Position numbers and translations under genes: made by a program | NCBI GenBank assembly: GCA_013265495.1 | Contig: MU058540.1 | Span: 209,696 to 273,695 of the forward strand | Source: Vicugna vicugna | Taxonomy: Eukaryota | Length of the DNA stretch: 64,000 nt | Reading direction: 5' to 3' | Notes under the pieces: model-generated | The model's database searches: none | Told to the model about the DNA's origin: nothing | What the model saw: the letters and a program-made list of their open reading frames with translations, nothing else | In this document: in pieces, positions 1 to 21,226 of the stretch | How the letters are laid out: each line of letters begins with the position of its first letter | Numbering within the stretch: the first letter of the stretch is position 1

Positions 1-462
1 AAAGAAGAAAAAAAGAGAAAGGCAGAAGGGGTGGGGGAGAGGCAGTGAGAAAGGTCTAATGTGGCAATTAAGTCATTTTAGAAATTAATCTATGTGAATA
101 TGGGCCTTTCAAAATCCACTTCCTTTTGAGAAACAAATAACAGCAGCAGTAATAGCCCCCACCCCCGCCAAAAACAACCCATGACCTCCTGCATATTCTG
201 AAATGCTAATGTGTACATAAGTGTGTGTGCCTGTGTGTATGTGTGGTGGGGGTGGGGAGAGTGTCAGGGTTGGGGTAGGGCTTGGAAATCACTGTGTAAC
301 ACTTTGAAAAAAACAGTAGCTCATTTTCGTAATGTCCCACCCTTTGTGGATTAAGCCAGCAGTAGTTCCTGCAGTGGGAAGATTCAGCCCACTTAGGGTT
401 TACTGACATCACCAGAACTGTAGGGGGCAATGGATAGCACACAGCGACCTAGAGTTCTAACC

Positions 463-715
463 CAGGAGCGGGCAAACTTTTTCTGTAAAGGACCAGATAG
501 CAAATATTTGTTCCTTAGAATTTTGCTCTTATTCTTAACCTTTTTACTTATGAACACTGACATTTAAATTTCATATAATTTTTGTGAGTCACGAAATATA
601 ATTCTTTTGCTTTTTTCCCCAAACCATTTAAAAGCACAAAAACTTTCCTGAGTTCTAGGGCCATATAAACACATATGGGCTGAATTTTGATCCCAGACCA
701 TAGTCTGCTGTACAT
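463..715. mobile_element. MER58-like hAT DNA transposon relic
   Basis: ggcaaactttttctgtaaagg.ccagatag.aaatattt start and ccatagtctgc end. Confidence 0.65.
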
Positions 716-3700
716 TGTCTATGTGTGTAGTCAGAATTGGGATGGCGAACCCAAAATAAACCCATCCTCCAAAGAGCCCAGTTCCTTCTTGGGCACAGCA
801 ATTGGTTAATGAATGTGTTGTGCCCCAGATACATCGTTTGGGAGGAGGTCTGGGGGAAGCAGGAGGCACAGGAGGAGGAGGACTGGGTGAGAGGACTAGG
901 ACAGCAGACACTGCCTCTACTCTGGTGGGAGGAACAATCAAAGTTCTCCACAGAGAGTAGAGTGTGGATAAGACCAACATGAGAGGATATTACCACCCAT
1001 CATCAAGACAAAGGCAAGGTGTGGTTAATCCCCTTCTCTCCCAGTATAAATGCTAACAAGTTCAAACATTTATAACTACCCTTCCCTCTATATAATCCTT
1101 CCTGTCAGGATCCTTCAACAATCTCCATAATAGAGATTACAAAAATAGTCTTGAATACATTTGGGGAAGTGGTATTTGTGAGCAAGAGAAGAGCAAGACA
1201 GCCAGTTCTGCATCCTAGTAACTTGCTGTCTCTGGTAATTAGATGTGAATGCTTCTGAAAATAATGGCACAACACCTGTAAATCCTTTCTAACACTCAGC
1301 TTTCCATCCCTTTCTAGTAGTGCCTCATTTTCTTTTTCCTGACAGAGCCAAGATTCCTGAAAAAGTCGTGGGCAACCATCTCTCATTCTCACAATGAAAT
1401 TGTTCATTTTTGTTTTGCTAGACCAAATGGACTCTTTGCAGGCTCTGCAATATTTTACACCCTTGGCCGCGCCCTCCTTCCTAAAACAGTCTTTTTTTTT
1501 TTTTTTTTGGCATCCCTTACAGCATTCTCTCCTAATTTTTCCTCTCACTTCTCTAGTCTCCTTCATGGACTCCTTTTCTTCAGCTATCCCTTAAATGCTG
1601 GTGTTCCCTGGAGTCTGGTCCTCAGTCTCTTCTCTTCTTACATTATATGCTTGCCCTGGATGGTATTTACTCCCACTTGTCTTCAGTTACCACCTACTTG
1701 CCAACATCGTCCAAATTTCCCCCTTCAGCTCAGGTCTTGCTCTGAGTTCCACACCACCCATACATCCAACTGCCTTTGGGCATCTCCACTTTGATGTGGT
1801 GCAACAGCAGTTCTCAAACTGTACTCTCCACAAAACAGTGTTCCTGAAGAAATATTTTTATACATAAATTTGATAGTAGTAATTTTTAATTTTTAAATCT
1901 ATTTCAACACAGATGCAATAAAATATCAACATGTTTATATAATAGTTTTTATTATGCAATAATTTATTGTATTTAGTACGGCTATTTTGGTTGTAAGCAA
2001 CAGAAACCAATTCTGGCTAACTCAACTTTTTTTTTTTTCCCAGTTCCCTACTAGGCCCTGGTGAACTCAGAGTTGGAGGAAAAGTGGCGTATTCTTTAGG
2101 TTAACTCAACTTTTGAGGGCCAATTTATTGGACAGATACTGAGCAAGCTCATGAAATCAAAAGAAGGGTGGAATAAGCTAGTCACAGGAAGGGGAACCAC
2201 AGGGCCTTAGCAGCAGGGGTTGAGCTGCCATTAACAGATGCCTCACCTTCAAAGGCCTCCAACCTCTATCTTTCAAGTTTCACATTGCTGGGAGAGACAA
2301 TCTGACTGGCTTGGCTTGTATTAGGTTTGTACTCCGGATCAATCATCAGTGGCCAGGCACAACATCATCTCTGTGAATCAGAGCTACTCCCAGAGAAGGG
2401 GAATTATGAACCAAACCACTACCTCATTACAGCTATCCTGAACGTGTGGCATCCCAGACAATTGCATGAGATCGTCTGAGGCATAAACATGAGATTAATT
2501 CTGTGCATTAATGCCCGGACAGCATTTCCCAGTTAACTGCCTGGGTAATATATGCCATACACTGGTGACCTCTGGTCTGCCATGAGTCTTGACACAAATT
2601 CAAAATATACATATGATCTGACTCAATGTTGATTGATAAATTATACTATTTAAATTCCACTAACTGATTTCCTTTGGATCTATGTCCAAGTTAAAAAAAT
2701 TGTTTTTACTATGAAAAATTTCAGACACATACAAAAGAGAAGAATCTAATAAATCTCCGTGTACAATTTTCATCAATTTTCAACATTCTAAAAGCCTTCC
2801 ATTCTTATTTCATCTATTATCCTGTTCCAAACACTTTCTCCCCCCCAGGCTTTTTTGGGGTTTTTTGTTTTGTTTTGTTTCGTTTTTCAGTTTTTAATTG
2901 AAGTGTTTGCTGTTTTTTGTTTTTGTTTTCATAATGCCACATACATTTTTTCTGGAGTATTTAAACAAACTCTATCATTTTATTTCACTAGGAAACATTT
3001 CTAAGGGTATCTGTAATAACTTTTCCTTTAACATAACTACCATACTATCACCATAACCAACAAAATTAAAAACAATTGCTTTACCTCATTTAACCCAATC
3101 TGTTCATTTTCCCCCAATTATGTCTAAAAGAAAGTTTTAAATGAAAAGCACTCTTGTGGTTTTCAAATTGTGCCTTCATTAAAAAAAAACTTAGTGAGTT
3201 TTCTGTTTTACATTGCCTCATAAACTCCTGCTGAATGTTCAATAATGAATTCGATCAGGCAAATTAAGTTCAGGACGTACCTCAAAATTTATGAAACGAA
3301 ACTCACCACCTTCCTTTCCCTATATGTTCCAGATCTCATATTCAAGACCTAAGTGTGTAACTTGACTGGCCACCTGATCAGATGAACAACAAATGTTTGA
3401 GTCAATTTTGACTTCATCTTCCTCAAACCTTCTCATCTAATTATCAAGTCTTATCTGTTCCACTTCTGTATCTCTTGAATCGTCCTCCATTCCCACTGGT
3501 TCAGGCCCTTGTTGGTTTGCTTGGGTTTTTTTCCTGGATGACTGCAATTTTCTTATAAATGATCTGTTTCTATCTTATTCTTATTTTGCTGGGCTGCCAA
3601 GGGGATGTTTTTATTAGGCACATTCGATCACATCATACTAATGTATGAAAACCTTCCATCATTCTCTGCAATCTGCTTTCCTTGGCATGACCCTAAATGA

Positions 3701-4419
3701 TCTGGTCCCATTTAACCTATTTCCATCTGTCCTTTGAGACAAAGTCTCACCTCCCTCAGGAAGCCTTGGGACCCAGAGTGGAGATTAGTAGCCTCTTCAG
3801 TGTGCTTCCACAACACCATTACCGTTACCATAATTTTTATTGTATTATTCTCTTCTGTTTATGTCTGTTTCACAGTCACCTCACTCCCACTGCAAGATCC
3901 TCAAGGGATCTTGTCATGTTCTTCTTCTTCTTCTTCTTTTTTTTTTTTTAAACATTTTCAGCATCTACCAAGAAGGCCCACCAGCAAGTGACTACTCATT
4001 GGATGAATAAATGGGCTATAAGTAACTGAGGGTGCTGAAGCTGAGCTGGGAAGAGCCTTCGAGCATTATATGAAGGATAGCCTGTTCCTTCTAACACAGA
4101 TATTTCAATAGTAGCTCTTACCAGGCATGTCTGTGGGCTACTCTACAAACACCTTCACCCCCACTGCCTTCACCATGTACCCCACCACTCTTTGCATTCT
4201 TCCTACTCCCTGCCACAGCCTGCTTCAGAGAGCAAACCTGGCCATCCGGCTCCCACATTTACCCTCGTTCCCAGCTAAGTGTTCTCTCTTCATGTACACA
4301 TACATTCTGCCCTTTTAGCTTCATTGTTATTGACAGCATATAGCAATTCTGTCAACTACTCTACAAAATTGGTATCATTCCCATTATGTAAACAAGAAGT
4401 CTGTGGCTCAAAGTGGTTC

Positions 4420-4885
4420 ATTTATTTATTTAGTAAATATGGATTGATTACCTTCTATGTGCCTGGCAGTATGCTGGGCACCAGACACCTAATTATCAAA
4501 CTTATAATCTAATGAAAATAGAGACATTAAACAAGTACACATAGAAACCTACAAATGCAAACTGTAAAAGGCACTATGAAGGTAAAGAACTGAGATCCAT
4601 AAGAGAGACTAACTGAAACAGGGAACCTAGTGATACTGAGATGGGCTCTGAAGGGTGAGTAGGAGTTAGCCAGTGGGAAGAAGAGTGCTCCAGTGGAGGG
4701 AACAGCATGTGTAAGGCCCTGAGGCAGGCAAAGGGCTGGCTCCTTCAAGATGAAGACTGGTGTAGTTGGTGCATAATTAGTGAATAAGAGAGGACAGCAA
4801 ATGAGGCTAGAGGCAGGAAGAAGCAAGACCACATGGGACCTTCCAGACGACAGCAAGATTCGGATCCTCGTCTAAGTGCAATGAA
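4420..4885. mobile_element. L2 LINE relic
   Basis: catttatttatttagtaaatat ... tatgtgcctggca ... agggaacagcatgtgtaaggccctgaggcagg. Similar L2 relics at about 1080-1800 and 6960-8620. Confidence 0.7.
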
Positions 4886-6039
4886 TTTGAACACTACGAC
4901 TACTTTATTCCTTCATTTCACGCATGAAATGTGTGCTAGGGTTCCTAGCTGACTTACCTCCAGTCTCTCCAAGGCCAATCCATGGTGCACACTGTTGTCA
5001 AATAAATCTTCCTATAAAGGTAGCTCTTACTTTCCCTCTCAAAGAAATTAAACAGCTCCCTTCTTTTTACAAGACTCAGTCTGAATTAGTGGGCCTGGGT
5101 TTTCAGGTTCCCTACACTCTGAATACTATCCCCAGACTACAGAAATTGCTCTCCAATATCAGTAATGACTCCCAGTTACGAACCTAAGGAGTTTTTCCCC
5201 TTTCTTCACTCTCTCACACTTACCTGCAGGATCTCATTCAATCAGAACAGGGGTTCTTAACTGGCAGTCCACATGCTGTAAAATTCAACGGTCAATGAAC
5301 TTGGATGAATTAAAAAGAGCTACTTTTATTTTTAAGAACATCTAACTGAAATTTAATTTTATGAATGATGAGAACAAGTCTTTGTAGTACTAGCAGTACC
5401 CGTAATGTTGTCATCAATAGAAACCACCGTCTATGAATATTTACATATCACATACACAGACATCTCAAAATATCTCTATAGTTATAACTTGTTAGACCTG
5501 CCAATAAATCATTTTACTTAATGTATTAGTTAAGAAACACACGTGTTCTATTAGTAAGGGAACACCTATTACTAGATAATCACACACTTCTTTATATATT
5601 TGGATAATTGTGTATTTTATTTGCGCATTTATGAACATTATTGTCAGACAAAGGCCAAAGGCTCTGCCAAACTGCCAAATAAATCCATGGCACAGACAAG
5701 ATTTAAAAAGCTCTGATTAGTCATTCATTCAATAAACGTGAAGTCTTCACTGGAGCCCTCTGGCTTCCTCATGTTATGTTGTTCTGCTTTTCCTTCTTGT
5801 TTGACACTCCTCCACTGGCTCCACTTGCTATTCTTGCTCCCTTTGTGAGGGTCTAACCCAAAGCTCAATCCTTAATCAACAACTAAATTCTTCTGTCCAT
5901 CCTCCCTTATAAATCTCACCTACATGCATGACTGAGTTAAACTACACCTCAAAGATGACTCCCAAATCTACCTCTACTAATCTTTTTTTTCTCCAACTTT
6001 AAGCCTAGATCTTAAAACACCTGCTGTGCCTATCCAGAG

Positions 6040-6250
6040 GTAGACTGCCCAGGTTCAAATTCCAGCTCTGGACACTTACTAAATGTGTAACTGCGGATAA
6101 ATTATTTAGTATCTCTTGCTTCAGTTGCTTCAGTTGAAAAAACAGGGTGATAACAATAGTATTTACTTTATAGGGTTATAAGGATTAGAAAAGTTAATAT
6201 ATATAAGCACTTATAATAGGGCCTGAGATATTTCAAGAACTCAATATAAT
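6040..6250. mobile_element. MIR relic
   Basis: ggttcaaattccagctctg.cacttacta core. Similar copies at about 24260-24490 and 42370-42600. Confidence 0.65.
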
Positions 6251-6547
6251 AACTTATGATGAAAAATATGTATGTATAACTGAATCACTATGCTATACAG
6301 CAGAAACTAATACAACATTGTAAATCAATGATACTTCAATTAAAAATTTTTAAACCTCAATAAATGTTGGCTATCACCAATCTCATCTCCTTCCAGCCCC
6401 TGATATTTTTATTTGGCGTTTATTAACAGGTATAGTGATAGCCACCAGGGATATGAAGATAGAATTCCTATCTAATGACATAATTCCAATCAAGCCATTG
6501 TTCACAAATTTTCAGTGGCTCCCCACTAACTTAACAGCCCTGGCCTC

Positions 6548-6684
6548 AGAGGGTATAGCTCAGTGGTAGAGTGTGTGCTTAGCATGCACAAGGTCCAGGG
6601 TTCAATTCCCAGTACCTCTATTGAAAAAAAAACAACTGTTAAATAAAAAGACCTAATTACCACCCACACCACACACAAAAACCA
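6548..6684 (+). mobile_element. tRNA-Ala-derived SINE (camelid Vic-1 type)
   Basis: GGGTATAGCTCAGTGGTAGAG (A box) ... GGGTTCAATTCCC (B box), A-rich tail, flanking aacttaacag..ctgg target-site duplication. Confidence 0.85.
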
Positions 6685-7539
6685 AACTTAACAGGACTGG
6701 AACTCCTTCATAACATTGCCTCATATAAAGTTACCTTCCAGTCTTCTCTCCTGCTCTACTTCTTGTAGCTTATATTCTATTCTGGCCAGACTGGACTGCA
6801 ATGCTGTCTATGAAAATGACCTGTCTTTCCTCACACTGCTCCTGTGTGTCAAATATTTATCTGACAGCAATAATTTTGTCTCACTTTGATTATTCCCCCA
6901 GCACTATGCATGGCACCCCATAGTATACATACATTACAATCTTATCTAATTCACATACTTATTAAACATCAATTTCCTTCACCACATTTGCTCACTTTGT
7001 GAGCATCTCATATTGGCTGGGTACTGTACCAGGAACTGGGGTTTTTTTTTGTTTTTGAAGAATAACATGGTCCTCTTCTCAAGTTCAAAGTCTAGTAAGG
7101 GACAGAGACACAGGTGGCATCACTTAAGTGCCCTTCTTTGTGAAAGGTGCAATCATAAGAGAAAGGGACACCAAGGAATGAGCAGTCGACTCAATTTGGA
7201 AAACAAGAGTAGGCTTTTCAGATGATGGTCGTGGGCTTAGAAGGACTGGGGGAAAGCCTATTCCATGTAGTGAGCACAGTATGTGTAAAATACAAAGGCA
7301 TAAAACAAAATGGTGTGTCTGGGGAACAGTTCCATATGGCTGAGGACAGGGCCCAAGAGGAAGTGGCTAGACATGAGGCTGGAGAGGTAGGCAGACTTTT
7401 CTGGTAAGCACAGGAATTTGGACTTTATCACAAAGGCAATAAGGAATTAATACAGGGCTTAAAAGGAGCCTATGGCCAGAGCTGTATCTTCGAAAGCTCA
7501 CTGGCATTACTGTGGCAGAGGCAGAGGGGAAAAGCTACA

Positions 7540-7747
7540 GCAGCACTGTTGAACGGAACTTTCTTCAGTGGGGGAAATGTTCTATAGTTTGTGCTATCTA
7601 CTGTGACAGCTGCTAGGCACATGTGGCTAATGAGAATTTGAAATGTGGCTGGTGCATCTGAGGAACTAAATTTAAAATTATATTCAGTATTAATTTAAAT
7701 AGCCATATGTAGCCAGCGGCTACCATATTGGACAGTGTAGCTTTAGA
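7540..7747. mobile_element. MER3-like DNA transposon relic inside an L2
   Basis: ggaaatgttctata ... cacatgtggcta ... gctaccatattggacag. Confidence 0.7.
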
Positions 7748-7892
7748 GATCAGGAAATCAGTTAGGAAGCTGTAGATATAGCTCAGGTGATAGAACTAGG
7801 ACAGAGTGTGAGTCAATGGTTATACCAGAAGGCAAAAAGATAAGTCCAGGGGATACAAAGTTGTAAAAAATGAAATCGAGAATGGCTCCAAG

Positions 7893-8022
7893 AGAGAGGG
7901 GATAGCTAGTGGCAGAGTGCCTGCCTAGCATGCACAAGGTCCTGGGTTCAATCCCCGTACCTCCACTTAAAAAAATCAGTAAATAAATAAACGTAATTAC
8001 CTCCTCCCCTTAAAAAAAAAAA
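7893..8022 (+). mobile_element. Vic-1-type SINE
   Basis: tRNA-like head, A tail, TSD agaatggctc. Confidence 0.85.
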
Positions 8023-11000
8023 GAATGGCTCTCAGATTCCAGGTTTTTTTTGACTGAATGGCTGCCATTAGCCAGGATAATACAGAAGCAGGTTTTGTAC
8101 ATCGATTTTGAACATGCGGAAGTGTCTGAGGGTTATCCAAGTGGTAAAATTAAGTACTTGAGTTTAGCTCCGGAGAGTTGTCTGAACTAAAAATACAGAT
8201 TTGAGAGGCTTCAAGCCATTGAGTGAGATTACCTAGAGAAGATGAACAAAACTAAAAGTAAACTGAGGCAAAATCCTGGCAAACATCAACAGGGGCTAAA
8301 GAAGAAGAGTTCACAGAGGAGACCAGCAGAACCTCTGGACAAGCAGAGAAACAAGTGAGAAGTGGTCACAGAAGTTAAGGGTGTAGAAAATTTCAAGAAG
8401 GAAGCATGATCAAATGTCAAATATTTGAGAGGTCAAATAAGGTGAGAACTGAGAATTGCTTTCTGACTTTGCCAATTAGGAGATCCTTGGTGACATTTCC
8501 ATCAAAGACAGTCTCAGTAGTGGAAGAAATGGGCTGAAGAGTGGGATGGGGCAGAGAGAGGAAAATTAAGATGACAATTTCAGGTCTTGACTGTGCAGGG
8601 AGCTAAGAGGTAAATAAGAGAGCCTATAAGAAGATACATATTGATAAGGTTACTTTTTTTCTTTCCTTTTTCTTTGGCTGGGAAACTAGCAGAAGGGAGA
8701 AGTTAAAAATATCGACTGGTAGAAAACAGAGGATAGCTTCAGAGTAACAGATAAGGTCGACCAGGTCAAAAGGAAATAAATTTCCTTAATCCGAAGAGAG
8801 GACTTCTAGTACAATGGTGAAGGGACACAGACCTGGCCCAGTTTACAGGTAGGAGACGGAAAGCCCAGAGTTCTCCTATAAATTGGCCTTTTCGTCCTGT
8901 AGGTGGGGAGTAGGGGTTTTGAGTCAAGGGAAGGATTACTGCCTTTGAACAGAAGGTCCGCTTTAGGTGGCAACCAACCCTATATTAGATTTTTATGGGT
9001 TTGATTCAAGATTGAGCAGAGGGCAAAGCCTTAGAAAAAGCAGAAGCGTTTTAACTTAAATGGAAGAAACAAGTAAAGTCAAAGTGATCGCAAGGCTGGT
9101 AAGTTTTGTAGAAGACAGAGTCCAAGTGGCAGGTCTTAATGAAGTAATGAAATCTAGGTAGATTCAGGGGAAGTGAAAGGTTATAACGCAGCCTAAAACA
9201 AAGGGGCCGAACATAACGCCCACATCAACCGCCCGCGCCTCAAATCCCCGCAGCAGGAAGGATGAGGGTGGTGATAAAACTCTTCTCACCCGTCTTGGAA
9301 CAGCACTACACTGCCACACACACTACCCTGCAAACCCTCACATCTCCAGGTCCAGGCCCCATTCTCCTCCACTGACAACAGCTGGGCGGCGCGCGTTTCC
9401 GCTGGACGCCAGCCAGGGAGTTCCAAGCTGCACCTTTTACCTGCGGAAAAGGAACCCAGTCAGGCCGCCTCCCGAGGCCGTGGGCAGTGGGGGAGTGGCC
9501 GCTGAGGCAGGAGGTCGGCGCGCCGTGCCCGCTTCCGCCCCACCCACCGCGCGCGCTCCGAGACCCGCCGCGGGAGCTACGGTGCCCGCCCGGACGCCTG
9601 CGCACTGCCGCTCTCCCGCGGCCTCCGTTGCTCCCTTTCCCCTCCCCCAATCCGGCCGCACCCTTGCGCCTGCGTTGTGCCTGTTCCTGGGCTGCGGCAG
9701 CCATGCTGAACCCGTACGGAGAGGCGAGTGGGGGGGACAGGGTCAACGACTGCGGGATAGGAAGCCGGGGATATGACGAGGCAGCAGCATTAGAGTGTTT
9801 GGGGGTCTCTGGAGAAAGGACTAGGCCATGCGGCCCCCTTGGCCCCTTGCGCGACCCCCGGAAACCTTCGGAAAACTGGCCACCGTGGCGCGGAGGGGGT
9901 GTAGGGGGGCTGTCACGTGACCCGACGCGGCCAATCTGGGTGTTGCTGACGTGGCCGCGCGGCCCCGATGCTCTCCCCACCCCCCAGCTCAGTCGGGAAG
10001 GGAGGGGCTGGGGGCTACGCCCCCTCCCCCAACACAACCTCAGTTTCCGGGGGGGTGACACCCCGGATTACATCCTCCCCCCGGACCAAGCCAAGGGGAA
10101 CATTGGAGCCCCCCTGGAAGGTTCCAAGATCCAGGTGAGAAGGGGTGCTGGAGGGGGGAGGTTGCCAGCTATTTAAATGTGTAGCCAATGGTGGGGAGTC
10201 CAGGAGGGAGATTCTTGGGGTTCAGAGAAGAATCCTGAGGGTGGGAGGATTTGTCCTTCAAACAGTTTACAGCCAATGGGAGCATGGAGGGCGAGCAGGA
10301 GAGGGCCCCTCGGGTGGGGGAAGGGAATGGCCAACCTCATGTCTCCATACCAATTGGAGGGCAAAGGGGCGTGGGGGCGGTGTGTCCCCCCCTTTCCATT
10401 CGTCCCCTAGGGGTACAGCAGCCTGGAGCCAGGTGAGAAGGGATCCTTTTGGCGGCTGGAGGGAGCGGTGACTAGTTCTTACCGTAGATGTGAATGCTTA
10501 GAGTTGGCAACCCAGGTTGTGAACTGAGATTGTTCCGGGCGCCCACTCCCTTTCTCCCCAGAGACTACAGAAGGAGCATTTCTGTGCTTCCTTTGTGTCA
10601 GAGGTAGGAAGATGGCAGTCATCACATGGCATGGTGGAGGTTAAGCTTCGAGTCGCTTATCGAATTTGTGGGCATTCACGTGGACATGGCCGGTGGAGCC
10701 TTCTGAACAAACCTTCGTTGCCCCAGTGGGGTCTTAGCTGAGCATGTGTCTGCAACAGGGCTGGGGAGGGGTTAGAGGCTGAAAGCTTGCGGTCGGCTTG
10801 GGGCCAGAAACCAGGCCCAACGTGGGTCTTGGGAGGGGTTGAAAATCGTGGTCTGACACAGAAGAGACTTGAGTCTCAGGACCTGGAATGATTTCACAGC
10901 TCCCAAGGTTTGGGGTTTCTCCAAGGTGGCGTCTTTTGCCTCCTTCATCCCCTCCCCCATTCCTGAACAGTTCTCTCCTTGTGTACTGCGGGGGAGGGAA

Positions 11001-13056
11001 CGGAAAGGAGGGAAGAGTTACTTTTCCAAATTACTGAGTAGCAGTAGCCTCCCGTGTGACTCATGTGGGGGAAGGGAGGATTGGGAGGGAGTAGGGAGCA
11101 GTGATTTTCCGGAATGCAGGGAAATAAGCCAGAGAAATGTCTGGCAGCCCTTTCCCTTTCTAAGGCCCTGCATTTTCTCGACCTCCTAAATTTTTCTTCC
11201 CTGCCCGGCCCCCTGATGGGTCTTTGTGCAGACTTGCCAGGCCCCGGGTGCAGAAAAGCAGATTGGGGAGGCTGGACCACTAGGGGGAGGGGTGGGGGAG
11301 GGGAGAAGGCCTCTGTAAAGTTGCTGTGTCATTGCTCGCCCTGCTGCAGCTACCCGGGTGGGCCCGCTTGTACTTCTGTGGCCGAGGCCTCTTGGGAGCG
11401 AGAGGGTGCAGTGAGGGGAGAGACTCTGCTTTCCCTGTGCCCACTTCCCCCCGCAGGGTTTGCCCGTCTCGGGTGATCGAGAAGACGGGAGATTGCCGGC
11501 CATTTTAGACGCAGTAACTAAGGTTAGGGCTCTAGAGCAGCTACTAAGAAGGTAGGGTGACAGGGTTGAAGCTCTAGAACCTAGACCTTCACAAAGTCCT
11601 GGGAGTGGGGGGGGTCTCCCATATTCTTTGATTTACTTTTTCTTTACGAGATATGCATAATTTTTTTTTCTGGTAGCCAGGGGAGGGGACATGGGGAGGG
11701 GAGGCCCCCACCAAAGCCCAGTTGGGGTAAATTTCACTCCCCGTAAGGGGGCAGGGGAGCTCAGAGATGGCTTTAGAGATCCTGACCTTGTGCTCTGGCT
11801 CTTCATATGTAGTTTGTAACCCTATTCAGATCAGCAGATTGTGGGAAAGATCTAGTTGAGTGGTTTAGGGGGAGGGGGCGAAACTGAACTCCCAAAATGG
11901 CTCCTGCCCCTCCTCGGAGGCGGACGGTCCGGGGGGGAGGGGAGGAGGGGAAAGGAGGAGGGGGAGGGCTAGCCCGAGCCGCAGCCGCCGCCTCCTCCGC
12001 TCGCCCTCCTCCCTGGCGCTGACCGATGGACCAGCCGCTCCGTGGGGAGGACTCCGGACCCTGGTGGGGGGGATGGGGGAGCTCTTCCGCCCCCACATCA
12101 CCGGGACCCTAAGAGCGGGGTGCGGGCCTTCTTTCGGGATCGGGGGAGGGCGGGGCGCATGGGGAAAGGTCTGAACTCGCCAGGAGGGGCAGGGTGTTCA
12201 CCCTGATTCGCCCCTTGCAGGACGTGTTTTTTCGCTCTGAGCCAGATAACCGGAATGAAGTTTGGGGAGGAGGTGGGTTTCATCTTATAGGGTATATGGG
12301 TGTTTAGAGATTTTTGTTCCCACTTGAGGGCTGCCGAGGTTTTGTCGAGCAGGCCGATATTTGTATTGGTAACTTAAGGCATGAGTGGGAGGGATTGGAG
12401 AGGTGCGTGGGGTGCAGGTACTTGGAACCGATTTTGTTTAGTTGCCTTGATGAGAAGCCTTTGGGAATTCACAGATGGTAGACTTTGGGGAGTGTTTTGC
12501 CTTTGTCCTTCGATTTTTTGACCTGGTGAAGGGAGGGGAGGGTTTTAAGACTATGGAAAGCGTGTATTTTTGATTGTGGAGCGCAGGAACGTTAGATTCC
12601 TTCCTCGCTATATTCGGGAGCCCGTAGCTTTTTGCCAAGAATGGAAGGTCGGGACTTCTAAGATGGCGTCTTCTTCCTCATTTCAGGTTCTTCACTGCAG
12701 CGGCCTCACTGCCGAGAGCGGGCGTCCTGTGGCCACACCCCAGCGGGTCGATGCTGGCTACGCCCACGCGGCCCTCCCCAGTTCTCCTCACTGTCTGGCC
12801 AATGGAGGAGCTACGAATGGCACGATCTGCCCGGGCTTGGCAGTCGCCAGTCGCACCGGCCTTGGACGCCTGGAAAGACTTTGTTGGAAGGGGAGGCGGG
12901 GAGAGGGTGCTGCACCCCTGCCAACCTCCCTCTTTCCGTGGAGTTGCCGAACCACAGCGCAGCCAATTGGCTCAGAGATGTGGCCGGTTGCTGCTTCCCC
13001 GTGGGTCTATGCGGCACTCTTCTGCCTGGTGACTGATGCTTTGGAAATAAGGCTTA

Positions 13057-13265
13057 TGACGTCATCGCTTCAGCAGACCAATAGAAAACGCTCCCGCGGA
13101 GAAGTGTTCCTCCCTCTTCAACTCTGCTTCTTCACGCGCGTGAGCGAGCGTGCGCGCGCGGAGGGGGTGGGGAAAGCTCGAGCACGGTGGCGCGCATGAG
13201 CGGCGAAGCTCCTCCCCCCTGCCTATATATAAAGGGCTGGCGCGGGGCTCGGCGGCGCCATTTCG
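13057..13265 (+). promoter_or_regulatory. BRD2 proximal core promoter (CRE, CCAAT, TATA, YY1/initiator)
   Basis: TGACGTCA 13057-13064, CCAAT 13078-13082, TATATATAAA 13224-13233 and GGCGCCATTT 13254-13263, about 30 nt after the TATA start. Confidence 0.7.
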
Positions 13266-13969
13266 CGCTGGAGTGGAGCAGCCTCTAGAACGAGCTGGAG
13301 GATTCTGCCTACCTATACAGAGCCTTCGAGTCGTCCGGGGCCGCCATTACAATCCACGTCCATCCGCTTGGAAATGGCCTTCGTCTCGGCCTATGACTGG
13401 TCCCGGCGGACAGTACAGACCCCATAGAAGCCCCCGAAGCTCCCCTTTTTCGGGCCCCGCCCAATCCTCGGGAGTCTGTCCACCCCCTCTACTCCGCCCT
13501 CAAGAGGATTTCAAAGATGGAGGCGGCGGCATCCTAAACCACTTTTCGTGTTCATCCGCCTCCATCCGAGATCGAAACGGGACTTCGTCCGCTGCGGACG
13601 GTCCCAGCAGGAAGAGTGAATCTTTGCAGACCAACAGCGGGCAATATTGACGACGGTGTCTGGGATCGGGGGCCGTCCTGGGGTTTGAAGAGTCCGTCCC
13701 CCTTCGCTCGCCCGCCTCAGCTGAGGCCGCCGCCATTTTCTCGCTGTCCGCCTCCTGCGGAGCGCGCCAAGCTGCCGGAGTTCTCTGGGAAACAGCGGAG
13801 GAGACTGCTTTCGTGCCGGCCCGGCGCGGGGGGTTGTCGCCTGGAGGGCCAAGGGCGACGGCCCCCGCCCCCACACACTTCCCGGGTTATGCTGGACCGG
13901 GAGGTAAGGGGAACCGAGGCCACCTGGACTCTCCGCGGCTGAGGGCAGCGCTGGTTCCCCGCGGTCAAG

Positions 13970-21226
<7,257 letters not shown>

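Noticed and set aside
1..460. Expected DMA first exon or promoter upstream of BRD2
   Set aside because: No DMA signal-peptide exon or convincing X-Y module is visible; it probably lies outside the window.
6550..6620. tRNA-Ala-like sequences (also at about 7895, 36215, 46500, 52275, 54295 and others)
   Set aside because: They have A-rich tails, TSDs and copy-specific mutations, so they are SINEs rather than tRNA genes.
9306..10176. Long ORFs of 251 aa (-) and 229 aa (+)
   Set aside because: Low-complexity G/P/R/A-rich translations expected in a stop-poor CpG island, with no recognisable domain.
11930..11970. G-rich purine tract (potential G-quadruplex)
   Set aside because: Common in CpG-island promoters; no specific evidence of function.
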